IMG/VR virus record: IMGVR_UViG_3300045999_005102
Location: 1 to 61,719 of that record
Strand: one strand, 5' to 3'
DNA length: 61,719 bases
Origin: a virus
Taxonomy: Duplodnaviria > Caudoviricetes
The notes under the pieces were generated by a model, which saw only the letters and a list, made by a program, of their open reading frames with translations, was not told the DNA's origin and made no database searches. How positions within the stretch are numbered: the stretch's first letter is position 1; the number at the start of each line of letters is the position of its first letter. Shown here piece after piece: positions 10,301-16,962 of the stretch. Position numbers and translations under genes: made by a program.

Positions 10301-11566
10301 GAGATCTTCCACCTCTACAGCATCGGCGCGCAGAGCGTGGCGGCCAAGCTGGTCGCGGGGCTGTCGCGCATCCCGGGGGCTGGACGCGGCATCAAGGCCG
10401 GCAGCGAGAGCGCCCGCGCCCGGATCAATGCCTTCCTGACCCTGTGGGGCTCGATGTTCTCGGTGGCCGAGCGGCTGAACCGCAAGGTGACGTTCATCGC
10501 CGCCTACAACCTCGCGGTCGAGAACGGCATGACGGACCCCTACGCCTTCGCGGTGCGGGCTGTCAACGAGACGCAGGGGATCTACAACAAGGTGAGTCGC
10601 CCGAACTGGGCGCGCCCAGGCTTCGGCCGGATCGTGCTCACCTTCAAGCAGTTCCCCATCATGATGGTGGAGCTAATCAACAGAATGTGGCGCAACGGCG
10701 GCCCCGAGGGCAAGCGGGCGGCGCTCATATTCCTGGCCATCCTCATGCTGCTGTCTGGCCAAGAGGGTCTGCCGTTCGCCCAGGATCTGGACGACATCAT
10801 CGACACGCTCGGGCAGATAATGGGCTTTGACACCAACATGAAGGGGTCGAAGCGCGAGTTGGCCTACACGGTCCTGGGCAAGGCGCTGGGCGACCAGTTC
10901 CTCTACGGGCTGTCGGTCTATCTGCCGCTGGACTTCTCCGGCCGCTTCAGCCTGGGCAACCTGATCCCTGGCACCGGCATGTTCAAGAAGTCGAACGCAG
11001 AGTCCACCGGGCGAGAGATCGCTGAGATCGCCGGCCCGGTGTTCGGAGGTCTCGCCACCCAGGCCATGGACGCCTTCGAGGCCTGGAACGCCGGCAACGA
11101 CAGCAAGGCGATGGAGAACATGGCACCCAAGGCCGTTAAGGACGTCGTGGCTGCAGCCAAGATGGCCAAGGAAGGCTACGCGGTGGACCGGGCCGGGCGC
11201 AAGGTGGTGGACACCACGCTCGGAGACGCGGCCATCAAGGCGGCGGGCTTCAACCCGACGGTGGTGGCCAACGTCACGCGCAAGACCATGCCCATCCAGC
11301 AGGACATCGCCCTGCAGCGCACCGTCGAGGCCTCGATCGTCGATCAGTGGGTGCGCGGCATCGTTCAGGACGACGAGGCCATGATCCAGGCAGCGCAGAA
11401 GGAGCGCGACGACTGGAACAAGCGCAACCCCAAGACCCAGATCGTGATCGGGCCGCAGCAGATCAGGAGCAGGATCAAGGCGCGCAACCAGGACAAGGAA
11501 AACCGCGTGCTTCGCAACGCCCCACCGGAGATGCGAGGCCGGATCGCCTCAGAGCTTGCTGAGTAG
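1346..11566 (+). CDS. Giant polyvalent (DarB-like) virion protein: N6-adenine methyltransferase, Strawberry-notch-type SF2 helicase, zincin-like metallopeptidase and PLxRFG domain
   Basis: VLEPTAGNG and NPPF (MTase motifs I and IV, ~2369-2560). GDQTGIGKGR, ILDESHN, YSSAT, SGSTGLSMHA and QMLGRVNRTGQ (helicase). HEVLH...SEFWA (~8258). YAPLMRFG (~9509). Confidence 0.9.
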   Translation: MALNTKLAGSGCVEIAARISQEDQDALLQRLEDLEAAGTGRKEAQVIAAQDALQAILDERKEFQRLLREQHPDLFADDLDAMFDDVLAEEMGKDKAEGKKPLRTVRQALGSAAKNTGSGLTNAIDGLGKLFGGKPGQLNSGIGFDEETYAKAKPFFLQAIKNLKDAAQDLREAMRAIVRMVLDKFGAQAAENMKPYVVRFMKDVQAGEVKLEGPATATEGERVTLARGFLQDFEAGKSFGTIVAARTRASEIIGRKIEPGTADAKLVDEAVELAGVMFARGVVRAGGTAVEIYNRLQEFQENQMPGLNVRDTISLRNQAYSTPLPLAYVASKLAGINFQTTVLEPTAGNGALVMRAMPSKTVTNEINPDRAEALRAQGYTPTQEDAATMKFAPKSVKVVIANPPFGPRGDERWQIDGLDTREIDHAISLNSLQAMDDDGTAVLIIGGPIAREDGARRDTYRGKSKREFFYTLYNSYNVVDHFTVAGDLYAKQGATFPVDVIVIKGRGKSNRALPAAQLPQLVDTWDALREKLNANADDLGAEGTGTPGGDTRGQGPGTQPGSVPGTPPTPTGADGGDGGTRGRPTDGGSAAGGGTTGTATGSNQDRPGGGRGQRGSPDGTAQPGDTGTDATVPGDQQLGSGTDGARNQPAGVDTRVGERKDRARVSEDDAGKLQVKYNNFSGNKSVNTLVATNHLTAIERAFEALRARVGEIDEFVRNELKYTPEEFKKSFSAEQVEALALAIDNIKRGAGFIIGDQTGIGKGRVVAAMIRYAKLNGKTPVFVTQMPDLYGDMMRDLNDIGMSNIKPLMTNNNASVPLDAEALAWFGEKQGIQTQIAELQDDMDVLAIADLGNKLNGMEDADRKKEIAAEVKRSTNPDIVAIKQQIIELRAEMPERRGKFLETPEIERHESMLRGIVESNSIGNFDVIFTTYNQMAPLDSGKPRRDPGTGLRVRNPVKFGYRNAFLQHFVNSDSMLILDESHNAGEAGDGRFPKVGDVVRQLINASGGVFYSSATFAKNPRVMDAYSKTDLGKAFGNVTTLIENISSVPMQQTSSAMLVAAGQYLRRERSFDGIEYRIDSVEVNTQDAEDVSEAMRLIVDFDRAKRAAIQDIQDALDSEGAVMSAGGAGMSQASVDSVNFTSVMHNVINTFLLALKAEQAANKAIEAIRRGEKPVITVANTMGAFIAEYASAENLGIGDKIEASFADILTRYLEKTRTVTINNGDGSQTKTRLTDEQLGDEGVEAYNAARDFIEELELSVPLSPIDHIKQLIQGAGHSIGEITGRQTIVDENGVLRKRPSAEMNTAGKKNTIAKFNGGQLDALIINRSGSTGLSMHASETFADQRRRVMVIAQAELDINNHMQMLGRVNRTGQVSANGKAPPDFTATFGLPRYVQMTANVPIELRPAAVLSNKMAGLSANTTAGRKSAVEDKSAPDFMNKYGDRVAAELVGSDQALNLRLGLPVSFDENGRPAVDGAMAKVTGRIGLLPLKDQNELYDQLGAAYVELIAQLDALGQNELEAKTYPLDAKTMATREVMPADAGSDSPFTAAVNAERVNVKKLGKPWPKAKVEELVRGALGITDGNQTAANVAKLKRAEMLSQMRRDIAAEQQANTAEAGTDPDKVTEATKKNDALDRALTRFQSMLPTIGQGVKLETDSGNLYGIVTNVERKGKAKSAGSLSVWKIRVAVVDGAKSMTFSMTQLAATPEERALRMDGVMISPATEMTVISQDGSGTERVPIADGFDRGQTDARETRWMITGNVLRGYSQFKGRILNYTDSSGNILQGIMMPANFDLDAALRRVRSEMSDPAKIAALLDAGGVVVDKETGGDVVTLKRSGGAYIIEVRRSGTGKKISKDLGPYFSSVGNRMRAELWKNGESDKFLEAVRGIINVFKTPLIADKDSDSILRGMQERQQPPNPMDFARQPPILDVTGIKEMKGRHLQVQAAARLLEQGKITRSQYDAYVDFYKPIELIEPDKLLAPTSDEKMQQTVDAGKRDKVNVPVADGTKVGLRMDLPARDRGGSVVSIHEGNAGRASAGKIISFQSTGWLKNVTFETRSQTKGLKIATGAAKEPLQTVEGTWFNLSPEDAFARAKALMSDPAWKQIGFDPTRHGYFYDRATRQPVVAADEVYQIGQFLIAKNVQFAPRESFLYAPPPDIQSPSLAFSETLESVRADALPTLTSLEKKRDAGKITESEYRLGVQQLIGRMQRRNEERTYRRVVSGRKRGTDWIIAKMRTGVSQGTVTKEAADFAQWLLDQNPHMGDGLGISIKSAEKDRTAAGQYDYVSKVFTLVTGRMSDTTAVHEVLHHAERMMPIEVQDGVLKEWIRAWDAAYKNGTPEMRQALNDMLHSGLFGDKAAGDRLRDAYAKGVWNYDDHYQLFSPSEFWAVNATRILSGRYAAKGSWVKRAIQWMREFIQRIKAVFGLRSDAPIIEGLNAVMEGNGTFLSRQMLSEQAVLEVAERTRRAPQPAAPTVNDFARNITDGLIQHYGRPKAKFKTFNAYDKTLSTQFNKALKDRDFGKVFAYANAMQNQVSLSSLRPSELAPRLLPRVDDIVSAARTMVKGRVDDADTQGAANAIFAGTLDGASVLEGRVWSEEELRTRFDLTDRGVALYNEARAAIDASLDEVSAAEAYSMVQVFVTKDVRRQIIDNPQSAQPLITAQLRRMFAQLEAAIKKAQELGFEDRVAELEATRDSYLEVQRKVESVFNLGRAMKAAGYAPLMRFGKFTVQAELVNPETGQLIRGDDGTAATLYFERFETGGEAQEALRKAQMLHEGNPEVRVRFGTNSELQHEMYAGISPETLALFAEAVGAKDVMRTYYQDAISERSALKRRLNRKGVPGYSKDMPRVLSNFITSNGRYAAQRFYLRDLTNAVKYIPQEKGDVRDEAINLKNFVMNPNDPAAPVSTLAFAWFLGGSVAAMFVNMAQPYMVTFPHLTRFASPAQVTAVMAKAHPYAWGRKEITDQDLKRALKRASQEGIVDAQEIFHLYSIGAQSVAAKLVAGLSRIPGAGRGIKAGSESARARINAFLTLWGSMFSVAERLNRKVTFIAAYNLAVENGMTDPYAFAVRAVNETQGIYNKVSRPNWARPGFGRIVLTFKQFPIMMVELINRMWRNGGPEGKRAALIFLAILMLLSGQEGLPFAQDLDDIIDTLGQIMGFDTNMKGSKRELAYTVLGKALGDQFLYGLSVYLPLDFSGRFSLGNLIPGTGMFKKSNAESTGREIAEIAGPVFGGLATQAMDAFEAWNAGNDSKAMENMAPKAVKDVVAAAKMAKEGYAVDRAGRKVVDTTLGDAAIKAAGFNPTVVANVTRKTMPIQQDIALQRTVEASIVDQWVRGIVQDDEAMIQAAQKERDDWNKRNPKTQIVIGPQQIRSRIKARNQDKENRVLRNAPPEMRGRIASELAE
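2943..3341 (+). CDS. Nested +1-frame gene (132 aa, Leu/Glu-rich) inside the giant gene
   Basis: GGAGAAG precedes the ATG. In this interval codon bias favours this frame (CTG/GAG/GTG) while the host frame uses atypical GGA/ACA/CCA/AGA. Confidence 0.65.
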   Translation: MPMLMTWAPKGQELLGAIRGVKGQELSRDLYPVLLRRRLEQMVETAEPEDVQQMEDLLLEAGLLAQPLDRTRIGREVVEDNEEVLMELRSRGIPGRMPPSLETSNSAAEQTVLETNLLEWTHALVSGRIERG

Positions 11567-11734
11567 CCGTGCGTCCTCCAGTGCGCTGTGCAGGGCATCG
11601 TTCTGCCGGCGCACTGCGGCGTAATGCGTCAACAAGTGCGCTTGCACGGCACGCATCTGGTTCAGTTCTTCGATGGCCTCCTCAACCGCTGGGTGCTTGG
11701 TCTCGTCCAGAACTCGATCTAGTGCTCGTCCCAC
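11549..11734 (-). CDS. Small hypothetical protein beside attP
   Basis: GAGGGGG RBS before GTG 11734; helical 61-aa product, convergent with the giant gene. Confidence 0.55.
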   Translation of the reverse strand: MGRALDRVLDETKHPAVEEAIEELNQMRAVQAHLLTHYAAVRRQNDALHSALEDARLLSKL

Positions 11735-11790
11735 AACAAATTCCCCCTCAAAGTTCGAAGGCAAGGGATCACGAACTGTGCCAACAATGA

Positions 11791-12028
11791 TGGGTCACGG
11801 TTGGGCACAACACGTCGAAAATTCAATGGGTTAAATGGCAGCAGTTGTGTCTACCGTGACCCATTGGACAGTTCGCAAGAACCTGAAAGATTGGGCCATT
11901 TTGTCCAAGCGAACGTCAGGCTACGAACCAGGGGGTCGTGGGTTCAAATCCTGCCGGGCGCGCCACTATTCAAGGACTTGCGGGCCTCCACGAGAGGCCC
12001 GTGGGTCACAGACCTGGGCATGGGTCAC
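11791..12028. other. attP: core equals the 3' half of tRNA-Arg(ACG) (11919-11965), flanked by arm-type repeats and IHF-like sites
   Basis: GGCTACGAACCAGGGGGTCGTGGGTTCAAATCCTGCCGGGCGCGCCA (anticodon loop, T arm, CCA). TGGGTCAC at 11791, 12002 and 12021, inverted at 11856-11863. ATTCAAnnnnTTR at 11821 and 11968. Adjacent to the integrase 3' end. Confidence 0.9.
11980..12002 (+). terminator. Hairpin downstream of the tRNA fragment
   Basis: GCGGGCCTC-CACGA-GAGGCCCGT stem; no clear U tract. Confidence 0.45.
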
Positions 12029-13131
12029 ACGCGCTCTGCGCGGCGCCTGTAGACCCGCTGCGTCGTGCGGGTGTCGGCGTGCTGCAGCAGGGCCCTGGCC
12101 TTGTCCAGGCTCTCGGCATCGGACCCCACCTTGGCCCGCAGATCGTGCTCGGTGAACCGCTCGCGCACCGAGGTCTCGGCCAGCACGCGATCGAGGAACC
12201 GCTGCCACATGGAGTCCCAGCCGTGGCTCTGGCCGGTCTTCTCGTCGATGTAGCCCTCGCCGCGCCGGTTGCAGAACAGGAACGGTGACAGGCACGGCCG
12301 GGCCCGGGTGGCTTGCTCGACAGCCTCGCGCCGCTCGGGCACCGCCTCGTAGGTGTAGACCGTGCTCTTGCCGGTGGTGCCCGCGGTCTTGTGCCGGGTG
12401 ACGTGGATGCCATCATCGCGCAAGTGCTCCCCGGCCCGCAGGCGCAGCAGATCCGAGCGCGCCAACCCCGTCAGCAGCTTGAGCCGGATGTAGGCCTGGA
12501 TCATCAGCACCGAGCCCTTCTTGCGGTGCGAAGTCAGGGACAGGCACTCCAGGATCTCCCAGTCCTCGACGTAGCGCGTGCGCGGGCGCAGCGCCAGATC
12601 GCCGTCCAGGCGCACCTGATCGCGGAACGGGTGGCGATCCATCTCGCCCCACTGCACGGCCTTGGTGAAGGCGTGGCTCAACACCTCGATCTCGCGGTGC
12701 GCGGCAGTCAGGGCCGGCACGTCAACCTCGACGCCATCCACCATGGCACGTTTCTTGCGTCTGGACACGTAGCCGTAGACGTGGGACGGCTTGATCGCGG
12801 TGATCTGCATCGCGCCGAAGACGGCCCGCAGCCGCACGATGATGCGCAACTCGTTGGCCTGGGTCTTGGGCGGCTTGAAAGGGGTCACCTCCAGGCTGTA
12901 GCGGTCCAGGAGGTCATTGACGCTGCGCACCCTGCCCAGGGCTCCAATGCGGGCGGCGTAGGCCGCGTGGGCCTCGTGCAGGGCCTTGCCCAGCCGAAAC
13001 CGTTTCTTGCCGTCCCAGGCCGCTTCCAGGCCCGGGGGCACCCGGTAGTAGTACGCGCCGTTGTGCCACTGCCAGCGCGCCGGCAGGCCCCTGTTCTCTG
13101 GCCTACGACAGCGCCGACCAGTCTGGCTCAT
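12025..13131 (-). CDS. int: Tyrosine recombinase (integrase)
   Basis: LTGLARSDLL, HDLRAK, LLQH and RVY catalytic motifs; sits next to attP. Confidence 0.93.
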   Translation of the reverse strand: MSQTGRRCRRPENRGLPARWQWHNGAYYYRVPPGLEAAWDGKKRFRLGKALHEAHAAYAARIGALGRVRSVNDLLDRYSLEVTPFKPPKTQANELRIIVRLRAVFGAMQITAIKPSHVYGYVSRRKKRAMVDGVEVDVPALTAAHREIEVLSHAFTKAVQWGEMDRHPFRDQVRLDGDLALRPRTRYVEDWEILECLSLTSHRKKGSVLMIQAYIRLKLLTGLARSDLLRLRAGEHLRDDGIHVTRHKTAGTTGKSTVYTYEAVPERREAVEQATRARPCLSPFLFCNRRGEGYIDEKTGQSHGWDSMWQRFLDRVLAETSVRERFTEHDLRAKVGSDAESLDKARALLQHADTRTTQRVYRRRAERV

Positions 13132-13315
13132 GCGTCTTCCCCTGTCGTTGTGGTGTCACGCCCAGGACATTCTGGACGTGCTCGCGCAGAACGGCAATGC
13201 TGCCGTCAGGACGGACGCGGTGCTCGATGCCCATCCACTTGAGGGCGCGAAGCTGGGCCGGCCTGCGCTGCCGGCCGGTGAGTTGCTGGATCTCCTGCTC
13301 TGTCAGGATCAGCAT
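13103..13315 (-). CDS. DUF4224-like protein, probable excisionase/directionality factor
   Basis: LTEQEIQQLTG..RPAQLRAL..MGI...RPDG pattern; overlaps the integrase start. Confidence 0.75.
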   Translation of the reverse strand: MLILTEQEIQQLTGRQRRPAQLRALKWMGIEHRVRPDGSIAVLREHVQNVLGVTPQRQGKTHEPDWSALS

Positions 13316-13518
13316 CAGAAGGGGATCTCATCCCAAGCCCACGCCGGGCATCCAACCTTCTCAACCTCGGGCGGCGGGCGCTCGCCGTTGGCCAGCTTGC
13401 AGCCGGAGTCGTACCAGTTGATGCAGTCGGCGCAAGACTTCTTGCGCAGGATCTCGCGCCAGTAGTGGGCCTCGCGCTCGGCGCACTGGATCTTGACCTG
13501 GATCTCTGAGACCTTCAT
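13315..13518 (-). CDS. Small Cys-rich hypothetical protein ending in DEIPF
   Basis: ATG overlaps the helicase stop; CxxC...C...C; SSB-like acidic IPF tail. Confidence 0.7.
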   Translation of the reverse strand: MKVSEIQVKIQCAEREAHYWREILRKKSCADCINWYDSGCKLANGERPPPEVEKVGCPAWAWDEIPF

Positions 13519-15161
13519 GCGTACTGCTCCGCAAACTCCACCCAGGTCTTGCGCCGGATCACCTGAGCCCGGCCCGGCACCATGGGCTTGTGGGCCTTGA
13601 CGACGCGCCAATACTTGCCCTCCAGCTTCACCGTGATGAAGGATGGAGTCAGGATCTTTTCGGCGGCCACGGCCAGGGCGTCGGTCACAGTGGCCGGGCA
13701 CATCATCCCGCGGTCCCAGAACCACGAGACAGCGTGCTTCTTGACGTAGGGCCGATCGTCCTCGATGGGCACCCACTCCTGGAACGTCGAGACGCCGCAG
13801 TGGTAGGTGACCTTCATGCTCGGGGGCTTGCCCTGCTTCTCGTGCCGCTCGTACTCAACGCGCTCAACGTCGTAGACCCGAGGCTCTTCCAGCGCGGCCA
13901 CGATCACGGCATCCGCGGCCTGGGTGCCGTGCGCGGCGCCGCGCTGCCACTCGTGGCCGCAGCCTGGGCACTCCATCACCGAGGTGTGGACAAGTTCGTG
14001 GCAGTCGGGGCACTCCTTGACCGGGGCCACGCTCACGCCCTCGCCCTTGCCGCCCTTGCGCTTGACCTTGATCTGGTCGATGGGGCCGTGGCGCTGCACG
14101 TTGCCGGCGAAGTCCAGCACCAGGGTGTTCTCCTTCACCCCGTCCCTGCGCAGCCCACGGCCCATGATCTGCACGTACAGGCCCGTGCTCTTGGTCGGGC
14201 GCAGCATCACGATGCAGTCGATCGAGGGGTAGTCGAACCCGGTGGTGAGTAGCATCGCGTTGCAGAGCATGCGCAGCTTGCCGTCCTTGAAGGCCTTGAT
14301 CTTCGCGTCACGCTCGCCGGCTGCCATGTCGCCGCTGACGTAGTCCGCAGCCCAGCCGCGATCCCTGGCGGCCTGGGCGACGTGGTTCGCGTGCTCGATG
14401 CCGGCGCAGAACGTGAGAATGTGGTGGCGGTCATGGGCCAGCCGTGTGATCTCGTCAAGCGCGCCCTGGATGAGGTTGTCCTTGTCCATGGCGGCCTGCA
14501 GTTCGCTGGCCACGAACTCCCCGCCTCGGGTGTGAACCCCGGACAGGTCAGCCTCGGTCGCGCCGCGCTTGGCCACCAGCGGGCAGAGGTAGCCGTCGCG
14601 GATCAGGTCGCCGACGTTTGCCTCGTAGGCGATGTCGGTGAAGATCCTGCTGTCGCCCTCGATCAGGATTCCGCTGTCCATGCGATAGGGCGTGGCCGTG
14701 AGGCCGATTACCTTCAGCGCAGGGTTGTGGACGCGCAGCCCGGCCAGGAACCGGCCGTACATGGTGTCGGCCGAGCGGGGGATCAGGTGCGCCTCGTCCA
14801 CCAGCACGAGGTCGATGGGGGCGAACTTCGCGGGCATGCCATGGACCGACTGGATGCCGGCCACCGTCACCTGTCCCTTGGTCTTCTGGCCCAGGCCGGC
14901 CGACCAGACGCCGATCGGCGCTTGGGGCCAGTAGCGGATGATGGCCTTGGCATCCTGCTCGATCAGTTCCTTGACGTGCGTGAGCACCATGATCCGCGTG
15001 CCGGGGTACTGCTCGATGGCCTGCTTGATGAACGCGGCCAGCACGAGGCTCTTGCCGGCGCCGGTCGGCAGCACGATCAGCGGGTTGCCGTCGTTGGCTG
15101 CGAAGTAGGTGTAGAGGGCCGCGATGCTGGCGGTCTGGTAGGGGCGTAGTTCGATGGTCAC
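13515..15161 (-). CDS. SF2 DEAH helicase with C-terminal zinc ribbon
   Basis: LRPYQ, LPTGAGKS, DEAH, GLTATPYR, QIMGRGLR and CPDC/CPGC. Start taken at GTG 15161. Confidence 0.92.
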   Translation of the reverse strand: MTIELRPYQTASIAALYTYFAANDGNPLIVLPTGAGKSLVLAAFIKQAIEQYPGTRIMVLTHVKELIEQDAKAIIRYWPQAPIGVWSAGLGQKTKGQVTVAGIQSVHGMPAKFAPIDLVLVDEAHLIPRSADTMYGRFLAGLRVHNPALKVIGLTATPYRMDSGILIEGDSRIFTDIAYEANVGDLIRDGYLCPLVAKRGATEADLSGVHTRGGEFVASELQAAMDKDNLIQGALDEITRLAHDRHHILTFCAGIEHANHVAQAARDRGWAADYVSGDMAAGERDAKIKAFKDGKLRMLCNAMLLTTGFDYPSIDCIVMLRPTKSTGLYVQIMGRGLRRDGVKENTLVLDFAGNVQRHGPIDQIKVKRKGGKGEGVSVAPVKECPDCHELVHTSVMECPGCGHEWQRGAAHGTQAADAVIVAALEEPRVYDVERVEYERHEKQGKPPSMKVTYHCGVSTFQEWVPIEDDRPYVKKHAVSWFWDRGMMCPATVTDALAVAAEKILTPSFITVKLEGKYWRVVKAHKPMVPGRAQVIRRKTWVEFAEQYA

Positions 15162-15475
15162 GCCTCCTCCTTCACAAACACCCCATTCGGCATCAGCGTG
15201 CCCTTGCGGTCCTTGATCTCGTCGTAGGCGTTGCACAGGCACTCCACGAGGTCAATGTCGCGCAGCGCGCAGTAGTTGATGAGGCAGACCATGACGTCGC
15301 CGATCGAGTCCTCGATCTTCGGTCGTTGGTTGCGGGCCTCGCCTGCAGCCAACTCGCCCATCTCCTCGAAGGCCTTGAGAAGCTGGCTCTGTGGCGTGGC
15401 GTTGGGGATGATCCTGCGGGCCTCGGCCCACTGAATCACCTTCATCTCCACCTCGCGGTAACTCATGCGTGTCAT
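15158..15475 (-). CDS. MazG-like nucleotide pyrophosphohydrolase
   Basis: KAFEEMGELA...IEDSIGDVMV and AYDEIKDRKG motifs. Confidence 0.85.
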   Translation of the reverse strand: MTRMSYREVEMKVIQWAEARRIIPNATPQSQLLKAFEEMGELAAGEARNQRPKIEDSIGDVMVCLINYCALRDIDLVECLCNAYDEIKDRKGTLMPNGVFVKEEA

Positions 15476-16548
15476 CCTGTGATCCTTCCTTGGAACTGTT
15501 GACGGACTGCTTCGATCTCCGGGTTGGCAATGGCCTTGTGGTCGGCGGCTGCGCTGACTTCATGGCTGGTGTAGGCCGGCACGTCGTTGGGCGGCGTGCA
15601 GAAGTTGTCTGCCACCACGAACTGGACCCCGTTGTCCTTGCGCTGGAAGCGGATCCAGCCGTCGCCCGCGTCGATCGGCTCGGCGTAGGTCACCAGGAAC
15701 GGCAGCGGCAGATGGCCTGGGCAGCCCTTGCGCTGGATCTCGACAGGGATGTCCACCTTCTCCTGGCCCTTCGCGCACGTCCAGCGCCCGTCACCATCGC
15801 GCTCGGCCGTGGAGTGAACGCAGGTCCTGCACGAGACGGCCGGCACCCGGTTGCCGTGGCACACGCCGTTGTGCGGGCACCAGTTGCAGAGATAGAACTT
15901 GGGGTCGCTAGAGATGCGATCAGGTGGGGTCTGGCCAAAGATGATCGACTCGGCCTTGGCCTGGATCTGCTCGAACCGCACGGGGTCGAACTCCAGTCGC
16001 TCGCTGTAGAGGTCGTCGTCGTCCTTTGAGACGGCGAGGTACAAGGCGCGATCCATTCCGCTCTTGCCCATGTACCACTGCATCTGGTCGAAGTGAGTCG
16101 GCTTGGACTTCTTGACGCCGTTCTTCTTGAGGTCGGCGAAGGACTTGGAAGAGTGCGTCTTGTACTCGGCGACGTGCCACTTGAGGCCGCCGCCTGGGAT
16201 GTTTTTCACGCACCCGTCCATGTGGCCGCGCATGTGACCCGCGTGGTCAGAGAAGCCGAACTGCTTGCCGGTGGCTGGGTCGGAGTCGTACACCGTGGCG
16301 CCGATCGAGCGCAGGTCGGCCACGAAGCGCGACTCGGCCAAGTGCCCGGTTTGGAACAGGCGCAGCATGCGGCCGTTGAATGACTCCTTGCCGGCCCAGC
16401 GGAACCCGTACCAGAGCGCCCTGGCGCACTCGTTGCCGATGACGCTGGCGCCCAGGTAGGTGCGCGCCTGCTCGGCCGCGCCGGTCTTCTCGTACTGCTC
16501 GAAGATCGCGGCTGCGATCACGTCAACATGTTTGGTGAGATCAGCCAT
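15472..16548 (-). CDS. Cas4-like PD-(D/E)XK exonuclease
   Basis: YLGASVIG.EC.R.LWY, GHMDG, EYKT, QMQWYM and a C-terminal Cys cluster. Confidence 0.85.
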   Translation of the reverse strand: MADLTKHVDVIAAAIFEQYEKTGAAEQARTYLGASVIGNECARALWYGFRWAGKESFNGRMLRLFQTGHLAESRFVADLRSIGATVYDSDPATGKQFGFSDHAGHMRGHMDGCVKNIPGGGLKWHVAEYKTHSSKSFADLKKNGVKKSKPTHFDQMQWYMGKSGMDRALYLAVSKDDDDLYSERLEFDPVRFEQIQAKAESIIFGQTPPDRISSDPKFYLCNWCPHNGVCHGNRVPAVSCRTCVHSTAERDGDGRWTCAKGQEKVDIPVEIQRKGCPGHLPLPFLVTYAEPIDAGDGWIRFQRKDNGVQFVVADNFCTPPNDVPAYTSHEVSAAADHKAIANPEIEAVRQQFQGRITG

Positions 16549-16828
16549 TGAAACTCCCAGGCTTGAAGTGGTCGCGCAAGAACTCCTCTGCGCTGACGCC
16601 GCCATCAGCCTCGGATTCGTGCAGCGTGGCGCGGCACTCCATGGCGTGCTGCACGATCGCGCCGAACATCAGGTTTGCGGCCTGCAGCATGTCCTCGCGG
16701 GTCTCGATCAGCGCCAGGGCCTCGCCCAGGCCCATGCTGACGGCCCGGGTGAAATGCGCGTACTGCTCCTTTGAAAAGTCGTTGCAGACGTGCATCAGCA
16801 TGTCCCTGACCATTTTCTCGTAGTCCAT
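16541..16828 (-). CDS. Hypothetical protein
   Basis: AAGGAG RBS; coupled within the operon. Confidence 0.7.
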   Translation of the reverse strand: MDYEKMVRDMLMHVCNDFSKEQYAHFTRAVSMGLGEALALIETREDMLQAANLMFGAIVQHAMECRATLHESEADGGVSAEEFLRDHFKPGSFNG

Positions 16829-16840
16829 CGCTCGCTCCTT

Positions 16841-16962
16841 TCCAATTCGGCAGAGGCCCGCGAGCCGCTATCGGATTGGTGCCGGTCTTTCCCGGCTGTC
16901 ACCCCTTTGCACACGCTGGGGTCAGGCGCGATCACACGGGAGGAGCGCCCGTGGTGCTTGGG
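16841..16962 (-). ncRNA. Candidate structured RNA element (four consecutive stems)
   Basis: Minus strand: CACGGG/CCCGTG, ACCCC/GGGGT, GCCGG-GAAAGA-CCGGC and CCAAT/ATTGG fill the whole intergenic gap. Confidence 0.45.

Noticed and set aside
1172-10312. Long antisense ORFs (1172-2905, 4163-5464, 6962-8479, 9311-10312) and similar ones opposite terL, portal and capsid
   Set aside because: Typical stop-poor shadow frames of GC-rich genes; no RBS, motifs or independent codon signal.
1346-11566. N4-type virion RNA polymerase, suggested by size and the N4-gp56-family capsid
   Set aside because: The recognised motifs are MTase, helicase and peptidase; no RNA polymerase motifs were seen.
11890-11965. 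Complete tRNA-Arg gene
   Set aside because: Only the anticodon-to-CCA half is present; there is no acceptor 5' strand or D arm upstream, so it is the attP core.
15472-16548. CRISPR-associated Cas4
   Set aside because: It sits in a phage recombination operon with no array or other cas genes; treated as a stand-alone exonuclease.
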